Source: Clostridia bacterium
GTDB taxonomy: Bacteria > Bacillota > Clostridia > JAAYHZ01
Length of the DNA stretch: 64,000 nucleotides
Assembly: GCA_050950825.1 (NCBI GenBank)
Contig: JBMNIH010000002.1
Location: 32,001-96,000, forward strand
Reading direction: 5' to 3'
Shown: piece after piece, positions 19,039 through 29,118 of the stretch
Layout: each line of letters begins with the position of its first letter
Position numbering within the stretch: position 1 is the first letter of the stretch
Translations under genes and position numbers: made by a program
The notes under the pieces: model-generated
The model's input: the letters and a program-made list of their open reading frames with translations, nothing else
What the model was told of the DNA's origin: nothing
The model's database searches: none

Positions 19039-19440
19039 TTACCCCGGTATTACTTTTACAAAAAACTTTCTGTTTCTAGGACCGTCAAACTCGCAAAAAT
19101 AGATACACTGCCAAGTACCCAATTTGAGTCTGCCATTTTCAATAATGACTGTACAAGACGATCCTGTCAAAGAGGCTTTTATATGTGCATGAGAATTACC
19201 TTCAAAATGAAGGTGTTGTCTGCTGAATGGAAATACACGATTAAGATCGGATAAAATATCGGTAACTACATCCGGATCGGCTTTTTCATTTATGGTTATT
19301 CCTGCTGTTGTATGCGGAACGAAAACCACGGCAAATCCTTCTTTAACGCCCTTCTCATCTATTGCCCTTTCGACAAAGGACGTTATATCATAGAAAGCTT
19401 GATCTTTTGTTGTTTTTATTTGAAACTCCATAAAATTCAC
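19039..19440 (-). CDS. yjbQ: YjbQ/UPF0047 family protein
   Basis: PHTTAGITINE, EGNSHAHIKA, LGTWQ.IYFCEFDGPR. Confidence 0.9.
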   Translation of the reverse strand: MNFMEFQIKTTKDQAFYDITSFVERAIDEKGVKEGFAVVFVPHTTAGITINEKADPDVVTDILSDLNRVFPFSRQHLHFEGNSHAHIKASLTGSSCTVIIENGRLKLGTWQCIYFCEFDGPRNRKFFVKVIPG

Positions 19441-19479
19441 CTTTTACCATTACTCTTTGTAGCGACATAATCCATAAAT

Positions 19480-19495
19480 ATGAGAACCGTCCCCC
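19480..19495 (+). repeat. RAYT-associated repeat copy
   Basis: ATGAGAACCGTCCCCC, 1 nt from the stop codon of the esterase gene. Confidence 0.85.
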
Positions 19496-19496
19496 A

Positions 19497-20582
19497 TTAT
19501 GTCCTTTTTATGTATTCCATATACCGATGCCAATCATAACGACTGAAGTAATGGGTACCGGCACGAAGATGATATGCAATGTTTCCTTCGTGAAATTCAT
19601 CTCCGCCTTTTGGGTATTCATTCGGATGAATAAAACCTTTTAAGCCCAATAACTCAAATACGGGACCGGCCGCAACACAAGAAAGATATTCCGAATAGGG
19701 ATCAGCCCATTGGTCTAGTGTTGCGCTTCCTACATACACCTTTCTAGGTGCCGACAAAGCCAGTAAAAAATGCTGATCAAAAGGCAAAAGATGTTCCTTC
19801 TCGGCATACCGGGTATAATTCTCGCAAAACCAATGCGGAAATGTTCTCGTAATGTGCAGAATATGTTCTCCGGTCTTTTCCCGGGTTATAGCAGCACCGG
19901 AACATCCGGAATCATTGGAAATCACATAAGAAAACCTAGGATCGAGACCTCCGGCTAACAAAGCGGTTTTCCCTAATCTGGAATGTCCAACAACCGCAAT
20001 TTTCGAACGATCAATTGAATCTATTGTTTGGACATAATCCATAACGCGAGACGCCGCCCAAGCCCACAATGCAATGGCTCCGCAATCTTCGGGATTTCTT
20101 TTTCTACCCTGAAAGATAAGACCTCCTAATCCTTCCGATAAACCTTCCTTCTTGTCCGGAACAATATCTTGATAGCAGAATGCAAAGATTGCAAATCCGT
20201 TATCACAGATCTCCTCCACAGGCATGTATTTATCGGGTATATTATCTCTAAAGCAAATATGAACAAAAGCAGGAATCTTTTTTTCTACCCTGTTCGGTAT
20301 GGCACTGTACATCGGAAATTGATAATTGCCTTCTCTTAATTCAAGATTCAGCATAATTTTTGATAATGTGACGGTTCCGCCGCAATAATTTTTATCTTCG
20401 CTTTCGATTTCGGCCGACCATTTTTCCGGTATCGCCGGAGGGAAGCCATATTCCTGTGAACACAAAAGATGTATGATTTCTTTTCTCCGCGCAGCCCAAT
20501 CGTCTTTCGTTACGACTTTCCTACCGTCATTAAACTGCAGAACATCCGGTACCATTCGTTTTTTTAATTCTTCTTGTAACAT
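19497..20582 (-). CDS. Carbohydrate esterase family 15-like (glucuronoyl esterase) alpha/beta hydrolase
   Basis: WAWAASR, GHSRLGK nucleophile motif, SGCSG, PFDQH.LLAL.APR, WADP. Confidence 0.85.
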   Translation of the reverse strand: MLQEELKKRMVPDVLQFNDGRKVVTKDDWAARRKEIIHLLCSQEYGFPPAIPEKWSAEIESEDKNYCGGTVTLSKIMLNLELREGNYQFPMYSAIPNRVEKKIPAFVHICFRDNIPDKYMPVEEICDNGFAIFAFCYQDIVPDKKEGLSEGLGGLIFQGRKRNPEDCGAIALWAWAASRVMDYVQTIDSIDRSKIAVVGHSRLGKTALLAGGLDPRFSYVISNDSGCSGAAITREKTGEHILHITRTFPHWFCENYTRYAEKEHLLPFDQHFLLALSAPRKVYVGSATLDQWADPYSEYLSCVAAGPVFELLGLKGFIHPNEYPKGGDEFHEGNIAYHLRAGTHYFSRYDWHRYMEYIKRT

Positions 20583-20631
20583 ATTACTACCCTCCAATTA
20601 CACATTTGGATACAAAAACATCCGCTTGTTA

Positions 20632-21744
20632 TCATTCCGCTGCTTTAAAGTTATAAATGGGCTTTATTATTTCCTCTATAATTGCAGTATCTTGTATGTT
20701 CTTAAAGATTTCTTCTGCAGGCTTATATGCCAAAGGGCATTCGTCCAAGGTATCTTTATTAATACAAGTAGAAAAAATGCCTTCCATTGTTGCCTTGTAT
20801 TGGGTTAAGGTCAATTTTTCTTTTGCTTGTGTTCTGCTCATTAAACGTCCGGCTCCGTGCGGTGCCGAATAATTCCATTCCGAATTTCCTTTACCGATGC
20901 AGATAAGACTACCGTCTCGCATATTCATAGGGAGCAAAAACCTTTCTCCTTTTTTCGCAGATACGGCTCCTTTTCTTAAAATCATACTGTCGGTGTCTAT
21001 ATAATTGTGGATGGTTGTAAATCGATCAACAACGGTTAAATTCATACCCTCTACGATTTCTAGAACCATGGCTTTTCTATTCAGCATAGCAAACTGTTGT
21101 ATTATCTTCATATCATGAAGATAGTCATTGAATAATTTACCGGAAACATAAGCTAAAGTTTTCGGGATTTTACTTCCGGTTTTTTCACTTCTAAGTGCTT
21201 CGTATCCTTTTCGCTGATAATGGTTCGCCACTTCCAGCCCTAATTGTCGGCTTCCGCTATGAACCACAAGATAAAGCCGGTCTTGCTTGTCCTTATTGAC
21301 TTCAATAAAGTGATTACCCCCACCTAAGGTTCCGATACTCAACCTTGCACGCGATAAGTTAACGTGACCTTTACACCTTAATTCATAAAGATCAATTCTC
21401 TCATTATATGCATGAGCATTTCTTCGAACATCAAAACCGGAAGGAATATTTGCACGGATATATTTGTCCAATTTATGTAAATCCAATGATTTCTCCTCTA
21501 ATCGGACGACTTCCATACCGCAGCCAATATCTACACCTACTAAATTCGGTACGATCTTGTCCGTTATCGTCATGGTGGTTCCGATGGTACATCCTGCACC
21601 GCTATGAACATCCGGCATGATTCTTATCTTGCTACCTTTAACAAACTCTTGGTCACACAGTGTCTGTATTTGTTGAATGGCACCGTCATCAACAAGGTCG
21701 GTAAAAATAATGGCATTTGCATATTTTCCTGTTACCTCTATCAT
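20632..21744 (-). CDS. rtcB: RtcB-family RNA ligase
   Basis: MPDVHSG, VGVDIGCG, GTLGGGNHF, HSGSR, HNY, SAPHGAGR, DECP.AYK. Confidence 0.92.
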   Translation of the reverse strand: MIEVTGKYANAIIFTDLVDDGAIQQIQTLCDQEFVKGSKIRIMPDVHSGAGCTIGTTMTITDKIVPNLVGVDIGCGMEVVRLEEKSLDLHKLDKYIRANIPSGFDVRRNAHAYNERIDLYELRCKGHVNLSRARLSIGTLGGGNHFIEVNKDKQDRLYLVVHSGSRQLGLEVANHYQRKGYEALRSEKTGSKIPKTLAYVSGKLFNDYLHDMKIIQQFAMLNRKAMVLEIVEGMNLTVVDRFTTIHNYIDTDSMILRKGAVSAKKGERFLLPMNMRDGSLICIGKGNSEWNYSAPHGAGRLMSRTQAKEKLTLTQYKATMEGIFSTCINKDTLDECPLAYKPAEEIFKNIQDTAIIEEIIKPIYNFKAAE

Positions 21745-21814
21745 GTCACTTCCTTTCCTTTCTTTTTTATATTGAAATCGCTAAAGGGAGTATTGGCGAA
21801 CCTCTGCAACCTGC

Positions 21815-22807
21815 TTATAAATTTGTCTTTCTTTTTAAGGTTTCCTCGTTGTTCTCAAAAAATCCTTTTTTCAATCCTTTTTGGTAACGTTCCGGTCCGG
21901 CACATCCCTTCCACTGGTATGCCGAAACGTATTCATAATCACAAATACCAAAGTTGGACGGAATATTTTCATAAATACGTCGAATGATTTCAACGGCAGG
22001 TAAAGTTTCTCCCGGCAACATATCCAGCTTTTGCAGCGTATCAACATCTTTTTTACGGTCTCTCAAATGACATCCGACAAAACATAGTTTTCGATCGTTA
22101 TCAAAACCGTAGCAAGGAGGGCATACCATGCAATCTCCGGGTCCTTCAATTAAGGTTACCGGAATATCGGGATTATTCCTCATTTTCATCCATAATTCAT
22201 ATAAATTATCTTCTGCAAGAGGCTCGTAAACATCTCTTGATATATAGCATATGATACAGAGTAAATGATGAGCTCGGATTACCAGTCGGTCGGCTTTTTC
22301 AATTTCCTTACAAGAAATCTCTTTCCAATACTTCATTAAATCTTTGTCTTTTAGCTTATTGAGTCCTTTGCTTCCTTTGGCATAAAACTCTTTATCCGCT
22401 AAAGGGCAAACGGGCCAATTATTGCCTTCCTTCCCGTTATACCCGCATATTTCTTTAACATCTTTAATTCTTAGGTCAATCATTTCATAAAGGTCGCGAG
22501 CAATTCGAATATCTCCCGGCAATAAGCCCAGCTTTTGCAAAACATCCAAATCCCTTTTTCTCTCTTGAACGCTTTGTCTAAAGAACATTAAGGTTCTGGC
22601 TCCCATATCATCAAAAGATGTTTCCAGCTTAATATGTACTTGAGGATTTTCTTTGATTAATTTAAGCTTTTCATCAAGCTTTTCTTCTTCCATAAAGGGA
22701 AGACATCCTCCGCCGTTCAGACATTTCAAGCAGAGCAATCTACCCGGTCTTATGGCAACACAATTAACATCCCGATCGCTTAATTCAATACTACACGAGT
22801 TACACAT
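21815..22807 (-). CDS. Cys-rich protein with two DUF1284-like repeats
   Basis: IRPGRLLCLKC...RKRDLDVLQKLGLLPG and IRAHHLLCIIC...DCMVCPPC...RKKDVDTLQKLDMLPG. Confidence 0.65.
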   Translation of the reverse strand: MCNSCSIELSDRDVNCVAIRPGRLLCLKCLNGGGCLPFMEEEKLDEKLKLIKENPQVHIKLETSFDDMGARTLMFFRQSVQERKRDLDVLQKLGLLPGDIRIARDLYEMIDLRIKDVKEICGYNGKEGNNWPVCPLADKEFYAKGSKGLNKLKDKDLMKYWKEISCKEIEKADRLVIRAHHLLCIICYISRDVYEPLAEDNLYELWMKMRNNPDIPVTLIEGPGDCMVCPPCYGFDNDRKLCFVGCHLRDRKKDVDTLQKLDMLPGETLPAVEIIRRIYENIPSNFGICDYEYVSAYQWKGCAGPERYQKGLKKGFFENNEETLKRKTNL

Positions 22808-22918
22808 CGCGGCACCTCCCATTCAGGTATGAATCCTTACGTTACAATTATACCTTGTCATCACAACCTAATTACAATATATATTAAATGCTTACAGCGG
22901 AATATGCAAATAGTGATT

Positions 22919-22976
22919 AGGGACAAATAAATTGAGAAATGTCCCCTTTTTATAGTTTTGATGAGAACCGTCCCCC
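22919..22976 (+). repeat. Cluster of RAYT-associated repeats
   Basis: Degenerate ATTGAGAAATGTCCCC (22931-22946, pairing with AGGGACA at 22919) and ATGAGAACCGTCCCCC (22961-22976). Confidence 0.8.
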
Positions 22977-22986
22977 TTTATTCCTT

Positions 22987-23031
22987 AAAAAAAGTTTCCG
23001 CATCGTAAGAAAACACGACCGGAACTTTTTT
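22987..23031 (-). terminator. Terminator after the oxidoreductase gene
   Basis: AAAAAAGTTTCCG...CCGGAACTTTTTT. Confidence 0.65.
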
Positions 23032-23067
23032 AATTCAAATTTGTATGCAAAATTTTCTTTATGCCAA

Positions 23068-24162
23068 TTACCAAACAACGGAAGGTTCTCCATGGAGATT
23101 CGGCAATCTGTTAGGACGTACCAAAGCGCCTCCTTCTTCATAAGAAGTAATGGCGGCAAAGGTATATTCCAGTGTTGCCAATGCATCTCTTCCTGATGCA
23201 CGAATAAATTCTTTTGGAACATTGTTTGTTATATCTTCTAAGAATGCATGGATTCTTGTGGGGAATGTGGTGTTAAAATCGGAAATTCCCGTGTCCATAA
23301 CAACGGGTGCAGGTGCACTTTCACCTTTTTTAGGAGATTCCCAGTAAGTAAGCTTTTGTACGCAGTTTTCTATGCAAAACGCGCCCTTGGTTCCCGACAT
23401 TTCAAAGCTCCACCATCCGCCTAAACCGAACATGGCATCTCCTCTTTGAGACAGCAAGTATCCCACGCTACCGTCTTCGAAACGAACATGGATGCTGTTT
23501 ATCGAAAGCATTAAATCGTTTTTGCTTTTTCTGACTCCCGGTTTGTTTAAAAATGCTTGAACATGAGTAATGTCTCCGCAGAAGTATCGCATAACGCTAA
23601 ACGGATGCGCAAGGAAAGCCTTTACGTGAGAATACGGACGCTGCCATCTCGGACTGGCAACACCTTGGTATAGATCCTCTCCTCCGTTAAAACCTACTTT
23701 ATGCAAGCAGTAAACTTGTTCGCCGATTTTACCTTGTGCAATGTATTCTTTTGCTTTATCCGCAGGCTGAGTAAAGTAGTGGTTGAGGTTGCATCCAAGA
23801 TAAACATTCTTCTTTGCAGCATATGCTACCATTTCACGGGCTTCAAGGATGTCATTGGATATGGGTTTTTCTACCAAAACATTTTTACCTGCATCCAATG
23901 CCTGCATTACGGGTTCGTAATGCCAGCTGCCGTTTTCATAACCGCTGGTCGTCACATCGACGATATCCAATTCCGGACATGCGGCTAACATATCTTTTAA
24001 GCTGTAAAAAGCTTTTACGCCAAACCTCTCCGCCGCTTTGTCTGCCTTTTCCTTAATGATATCGCAAACAGCTACAAGCTCGGCTAAGGGGTCGTTCTTA
24101 TAACAAGTAGCATGAAGGTTTCCGATACCTCCCATACCGACAATTCCAACTTTTAAAGTCAT
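23068..24162 (-). CDS. Gfo/Idh/MocA family oxidoreductase
   Basis: VGIVGMGGIG Rossmann motif; GKNVLVEKP. Confidence 0.9.
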   Translation of the reverse strand: MTLKVGIVGMGGIGNLHATCYKNDPLAELVAVCDIIKEKADKAAERFGVKAFYSLKDMLAACPELDIVDVTTSGYENGSWHYEPVMQALDAGKNVLVEKPISNDILEAREMVAYAAKKNVYLGCNLNHYFTQPADKAKEYIAQGKIGEQVYCLHKVGFNGGEDLYQGVASPRWQRPYSHVKAFLAHPFSVMRYFCGDITHVQAFLNKPGVRKSKNDLMLSINSIHVRFEDGSVGYLLSQRGDAMFGLGGWWSFEMSGTKGAFCIENCVQKLTYWESPKKGESAPAPVVMDTGISDFNTTFPTRIHAFLEDITNNVPKEFIRASGRDALATLEYTFAAITSYEEGGALVRPNRLPNLHGEPSVVW

Positions 24163-24274
24163 TATGCATCCCTCCAAAAATTCTCTGTATATTTACAATT
24201 ATATCATTTAAATTCGTTATGCAACTTGTATTCTACATATGTAATTATGCAAAATCCGATATAGTTTCATAATA

Positions 24275-25849
24275 TCAAAGCAGCGGGATCAAAACTCTTA
24301 ACAGCGATTGTATGATTTTTAAGTGCAGAGGTCTGTGTTTCCATTTTTCTAAAGTTATTTCATCGCTTATTAAAAACAAAGATTCTATATCTTGGCGAAT
24401 ATCCTGCAATACGGAAGCACCGCATATCCAAACACCGTTTTCAAAATGCAAATAAAAACTTCGGTAATCCATATTAATACTGCCGGTAACCGCATGGATA
24501 TCGTCGCTGATAATGGTTTTGGCATGGATATAACCCGGTGTGTATTCATATATTCGGACTCCGTTTTCCAACAGGCGTCCATAATTCGAACGCGTGACCA
24601 TGTGCACATACCAACGGTCCCATACTCTAGGCGTTATTATGCGCACGTCTATCCCGCTGCTTGCGGCAAGGCATAGAGCATCGGTCATACTGTCTTCCAC
24701 AACAAGATATGGTGTCGTAATGTATACGTAATCATGAGCGGAATAGAGAATTTGACGATAAACGGATTCGGCGGGATTACTGGGATGATTCACCGGGCCG
24801 TCGTTAAAGGGCTGGTAAAACCCGTGATCAGGAATCGGCTCATTGAGTACGGGACGGTAAGCCTCGTAATCTTCTTTTTGATTGCTTTCGGTCTCCCACA
24901 TCTGCAAAAAAGTGACCGTTAAGCTGTAAACCGCTTCACCCTCCAAGCGGATTGCCGTATCCTTCCAGTGACCGTATCTTTCATACAGATTCGCATATTC
25001 ATCCGCCAAATTGGTTCCCCCCGTATATCCGATTATCCCGTCTATCACGGCAATTTTTTGATGGTTTCGATAATTGATATACAGTCGAGACAAACTGCTG
25101 TAAACCGGGTTAAAACGATAAACTTGGATATTTTCGTCTTTCAAGGTTTTTATCAAATTATCGGGAACGGTTAATATACTTCCGAAATCATCGTATAGAA
25201 GTCTTACCTCCACTCCTTCTGCCGCTTTTTCCTTTAAAATGGCATGAATCTTATCCCATAAATATCCCTTGGATAATATATAGTATTCCAGAAAGATGAA
25301 TTTTTGAGCCTTCTTTAAATCTTCTATCATCGCTTCAAATTGCAATTCTCCCAAGGGATAATAAGTGCACCGAGTATTTTTATACAGAGGGAATCCTTCC
25401 TTCTCTAAATATACCGATATCTTGTTGTAATTTGGATACCGCTCTTGTAATTCAAGACGAAGCTCCGAACCATGTGTGAATCTTTTTAGACTTTCCGACA
25501 TGATATTACGAATGCGCCTGCTCTTTTTTGTATTGGTGCCGCTTCTACCCCACATGATATAGATAATACTTCCGTATATAGGCATGATAAGGATGATAAT
25601 AACCCAAGCAAGGGTATAAGCGGAGTTTTTATGCTTCTCGATAATGGAAAAAGCCATGATTAATCCAAAGACCTCGAAAAACGCATAAGCATAAAAAGCA
25701 AAATGTCGAAGCCACATTGCAAAATACGCGAACAATACCAGTTGAGCCAAGATGGCAAGGACGACAATAAACAATCGTATGCCGCCTGTATTATTTCTTC
25801 TCGGTTTCATGTTTTTATTTGAATTTCCTTTACCTTTATATAACATCAT
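24275..25849 (-). CDS. cls: Cardiolipin synthase
   Basis: N-terminal TMs with PLDc_N; HKD motifs RNHQKIAVID and HAKTIISD; GSINMDYRSF; exact start uncertain. Confidence 0.9.
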   Translation of the reverse strand: MMLYKGKGNSNKNMKPRRNNTGGIRLFIVVLAILAQLVLFAYFAMWLRHFAFYAYAFFEVFGLIMAFSIIEKHKNSAYTLAWVIIILIMPIYGSIIYIMWGRSGTNTKKSRRIRNIMSESLKRFTHGSELRLELQERYPNYNKISVYLEKEGFPLYKNTRCTYYPLGELQFEAMIEDLKKAQKFIFLEYYILSKGYLWDKIHAILKEKAAEGVEVRLLYDDFGSILTVPDNLIKTLKDENIQVYRFNPVYSSLSRLYINYRNHQKIAVIDGIIGYTGGTNLADEYANLYERYGHWKDTAIRLEGEAVYSLTVTFLQMWETESNQKEDYEAYRPVLNEPIPDHGFYQPFNDGPVNHPSNPAESVYRQILYSAHDYVYITTPYLVVEDSMTDALCLAASSGIDVRIITPRVWDRWYVHMVTRSNYGRLLENGVRIYEYTPGYIHAKTIISDDIHAVTGSINMDYRSFYLHFENGVWICGASVLQDIRQDIESLFLISDEITLEKWKHRPLHLKIIQSLLRVLIPLL

Positions 25850-25967
25850 CTATAATATCATCTTATTTATATTGATTGGGAACAAATTATTGTATAATGA
25901 TATCATAACCCGGAACACGGTTATCAACAGAAAATCAACAATTTTACAATGAGAAAGGATACTTCTT

Positions 25968-28448
25968 ATGGAGTTTCAACATTCGAAGGAAGTGTGGAAC
26001 ATCTCTCCGATTGCTTGGGAAAAAGCCGTCGAGAACGAAATGTCCGAAAGGATCTATAACATCTTGTTAAAGTGGATTCCTTTCGCCGATTCGCAATTCA
26101 GCAGTCGCTGGAATACCCGACCGAACTGCGGCCACTTTTTCGGCGGTTCCTATTGGTACGGCTCGGAAACCGCACATACGGCGGCCGTTTATGCCGCTTT
26201 GGCCACATTAGGTCCTTATCGGGAGGATATAACCGGAATCCCCCGTAACGAAGTCAAGGAAAAAGCCATTAAAGCGATTCGTTATCTCGGATTTACCCAT
26301 GATACCGGACCCGAGGATTGTGTTCGCGATGTAGGTCCTAATCCTCACTGCAGCGAGAAAAAATGGGGTAGCAAGAACGACGGATTTTTCATGGCCTCCC
26401 AAACGGGCAGAACCGTGGCTAATTTTGCCCTCGCCGCATGGCTACTTTGGAATGATTTGGATGATGAGACCAAAATGTTGGTTCAAGATGTGGTAGCGTG
26501 GTACGCGGATCGTTGGTCCGTAGAATCTCCTCGAGACGGCTCATTCTTCGACACCCAATGCGAAGAAAACGCATGGACCGCCCAAGGTATCTGTGTCGCA
26601 TTGGCAATGTTCCCGGACCATCCGCACCGTAAGGTTTGGGAAGACGGTTTTATCCGATGGTCAATCAATGCGTGCACCACACATGACGATCGTTTTAACG
26701 AAGAACTCTATAAAGAGAAAGCCATTCGTTATTGGGTCCATTGCGTAACTTTGTTCCCGGATTATACGACGGAGAACCACGGATTTGTTCATCCGAGTTA
26801 TCTTAGCGCGGGGATTAATTTAAGAGCATTGCATGCTTTATTGAGCATCATGAGTAACCAGGAAATCCTTGAAAGTGCTCTGTACAAGAATGAAAAAATA
26901 TATGAAAATGCATTAAAAATATTCACGCAATTTGACGGGCTGGTGATTCCGATCCAAGGACAGGATTGGTGGTACAACAGGCAGCATGAACGTCAGCTCA
27001 CCCATACCGTTTTAAATGTAATGCACAACAATAGCGATGCCGCAAGGTTATGCCGCAACGCCTTATCAAGCATAGAAAAAATTCAAGACAGCAATTCCAA
27101 GGGATGCTTGCTGGAGGAAAGAGGCGAAGAATGTGTCATTCGGCCGCGCTTACAATTTGCAAAAGATATGGAACACGGCTCGGCAGCGGACCTTTTGTTT
27201 TCCTATCTGTTTTATCTGTTCGGAGGAATCGGTGCCGAACCTTCGGATCAACACGAAATGATGGAAAGATTATCCGGGGTGTACTACTTCCCCTTCGGCA
27301 GTTTGATTGTACACAGAAGGCGTGACAGTTTTGCAAGCTTCAGTTGGAGAAACAATTGCATGGGATTATGTCTTCCGGAGGCCGGCATGTGGAACATCAC
27401 GCCGATATTCTCTAGCTTTACAGGTCATATTGTCTTTTCCGATAAAAAGGGCGTTCAAGGATTATCGAACGAAACCTTCATACGAAATACGCTGCGTCAC
27501 AACCAAACGGTAAAATCGGACGGTTTTGCGGCTTGTGCCACAATCTCTCGAGGTGATAATGAAATATTGCAGGATGTAGCTTTTGTATCTCTTCCTTCCG
27601 GCGAAGCGGTTTATATCGAACAGTTGAATATTAAGAAAGATTGTGAAAATGTTACAATCGAAACCGGTTTAATCGGTATTCGTAACGAAAACCTGCCGGC
27701 GGCACCGGACCTTGGCCCGGGAGAAGTGCAATTTTATACCGACAGCACAAAGAGAAGTTATCCCGGTTTTTACGGTAACGAGCCGGATGTGATCGAAGAT
27801 TTCAAACCCTCCAAGTTCGTAAATGTGAATAATACCATGGGATACATCTTAAGCGGATCTTCCGGTATTCGGTATATCAACAAGCATGTCTATCCTCACT
27901 GGAAGGGCGTTGAAGACCGGTTGATTCTTAATTATGTCGGAAAAAAGAGCTTTATGGAAAAAGATTCAATTCCTCCTTTTGTGGTTATGGCTATGCCGAA
28001 TAAGACATACCAAGAAACGGCGATGTCCGTTAGCGATTTGACGGTAATGAATTCGAAATGCCCGAATACGATTTTATTAATTGCAAAAGAATATCTGGTG
28101 GTTTCGAATTTTAACGATTCCGTCACGGATGCGGCAGGTGTATTCGAAATCAAAAAGGGAAGCGTGAAAATATTCAAAGGAATAAATCGAATTATAAACA
28201 AGCATTATGTATGGCATGGTGAGCTACCTAAATTCTCTTCCGATTATTATCCTTGCTTGTATGAAATCAAATCGGTTGATTTCTTGCGGTTTAATCTTCA
28301 TGTATTTGCAACGAAAGAAAAAGTATACTTCGAAAACATATCGGATCGCAAAATCGAATTTACTCTATGCAACAGCTACGGTGAAGATCTTAAAAACATT
28401 CGATTAGATGCAAACAGTATTTACGTGTGGAATTCATCGAAATCATGA
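25968..28448 (+). CDS. Large cytoplasmic hypothetical protein, possibly lyase-like (helical toroid plus beta-sandwich)
   Basis: 826 aa with AAGGA RBS; DTQCEENAW, ENHGFVHPSY, QGQDWWY, FASFSW; no signal peptide. Confidence 0.55.
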   Translation: MEFQHSKEVWNISPIAWEKAVENEMSERIYNILLKWIPFADSQFSSRWNTRPNCGHFFGGSYWYGSETAHTAAVYAALATLGPYREDITGIPRNEVKEKAIKAIRYLGFTHDTGPEDCVRDVGPNPHCSEKKWGSKNDGFFMASQTGRTVANFALAAWLLWNDLDDETKMLVQDVVAWYADRWSVESPRDGSFFDTQCEENAWTAQGICVALAMFPDHPHRKVWEDGFIRWSINACTTHDDRFNEELYKEKAIRYWVHCVTLFPDYTTENHGFVHPSYLSAGINLRALHALLSIMSNQEILESALYKNEKIYENALKIFTQFDGLVIPIQGQDWWYNRQHERQLTHTVLNVMHNNSDAARLCRNALSSIEKIQDSNSKGCLLEERGEECVIRPRLQFAKDMEHGSAADLLFSYLFYLFGGIGAEPSDQHEMMERLSGVYYFPFGSLIVHRRRDSFASFSWRNNCMGLCLPEAGMWNITPIFSSFTGHIVFSDKKGVQGLSNETFIRNTLRHNQTVKSDGFAACATISRGDNEILQDVAFVSLPSGEAVYIEQLNIKKDCENVTIETGLIGIRNENLPAAPDLGPGEVQFYTDSTKRSYPGFYGNEPDVIEDFKPSKFVNVNNTMGYILSGSSGIRYINKHVYPHWKGVEDRLILNYVGKKSFMEKDSIPPFVVMAMPNKTYQETAMSVSDLTVMNSKCPNTILLIAKEYLVVSNFNDSVTDAAGVFEIKKGSVKIFKGINRIINKHYVWHGELPKFSSDYYPCLYEIKSVDFLRFNLHVFATKEKVYFENISDRKIEFTLCNSYGEDLKNIRLDANSIYVWNSSKS

Positions 28449-28469
28449 AATAGATCCTACGATTACACG

Positions 28470-28501
28470 AAAAAACCGGTTGAATACAGCAACCGGTTTT
28501 T
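28470..28501. terminator. Bidirectional terminator
   Basis: AAAAAACCGGTTG...CAACCGGTTTTT. Confidence 0.85.
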
Positions 28502-28524
28502 GTTTTCATAAAAATCCGATAAAT

Positions 28525-28965
28525 TTAAATGCTTTGCGAAAGATTTTTCGACATCTTGTAATGGGGAATTCCCACCTCCGTAAATTCATCGCTTAAAATA
28601 TCGTAAAACAGCTTTCTATAGAAAGGAACCGCCGTTTTTCTTGCGTTAAGTACGATTCGTTTAAATCCTTGCTTTTTTGCAATTTCTTCCGCAAAGCGAA
28701 CCATCCGGGTACCTATTCCCTTACCTTGGAAATCCTCTCTTACGGCTACTTGCCTCATCTTAACCGTATCCGCACTCAAAGGCGTTAAAATTAATATTCC
28801 AATAATTTGACAATCTAAAAATACACCGATGTGAATATCATTGACTTCATTATCTAGATTTTCGTTAAACAAGCTTAGTCCTAAAGGTTTGCGAAGAATA
28901 TTATCTCTGAGTTCCAAAGATTGTCGGTATTCTTCGGAAAGCGGCTCAATAATCCGAATGTCCAT
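28525..28965 (-). CDS. GNAT N-acetyltransferase
   Basis: LRDNILRKPLG, RQVAV..DFQGKGIG, AVPFYRKL, EVGIPH. Confidence 0.9.
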   Translation of the reverse strand: MDIRIIEPLSEEYRQSLELRDNILRKPLGLSLFNENLDNEVNDIHIGVFLDCQIIGILILTPLSADTVKMRQVAVREDFQGKGIGTRMVRFAEEIAKKQGFKRIVLNARKTAVPFYRKLFYDILSDEFTEVGIPHYKMSKNLSQSI

Positions 28966-29118
28966 AACTCACCTTCTTTGTATCTTTTCAATAGAAAGAA
29001 AAATCGGTAATGCATCCCGGCTATTCGATATTTCAGTAACCGATAAAACGCAAAATAGCCGATCAATCCGATTGATTTTTTAAATACGGTTGAACTTCCA
29101 CCAAACTTATATCCTCCG

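Noticed and set aside
24851-24858. GGGACGGT match inside cls (similarly GAACCGTC near 61722)
   Set aside because: Only 8-nt matches within coding sequence; expected by chance
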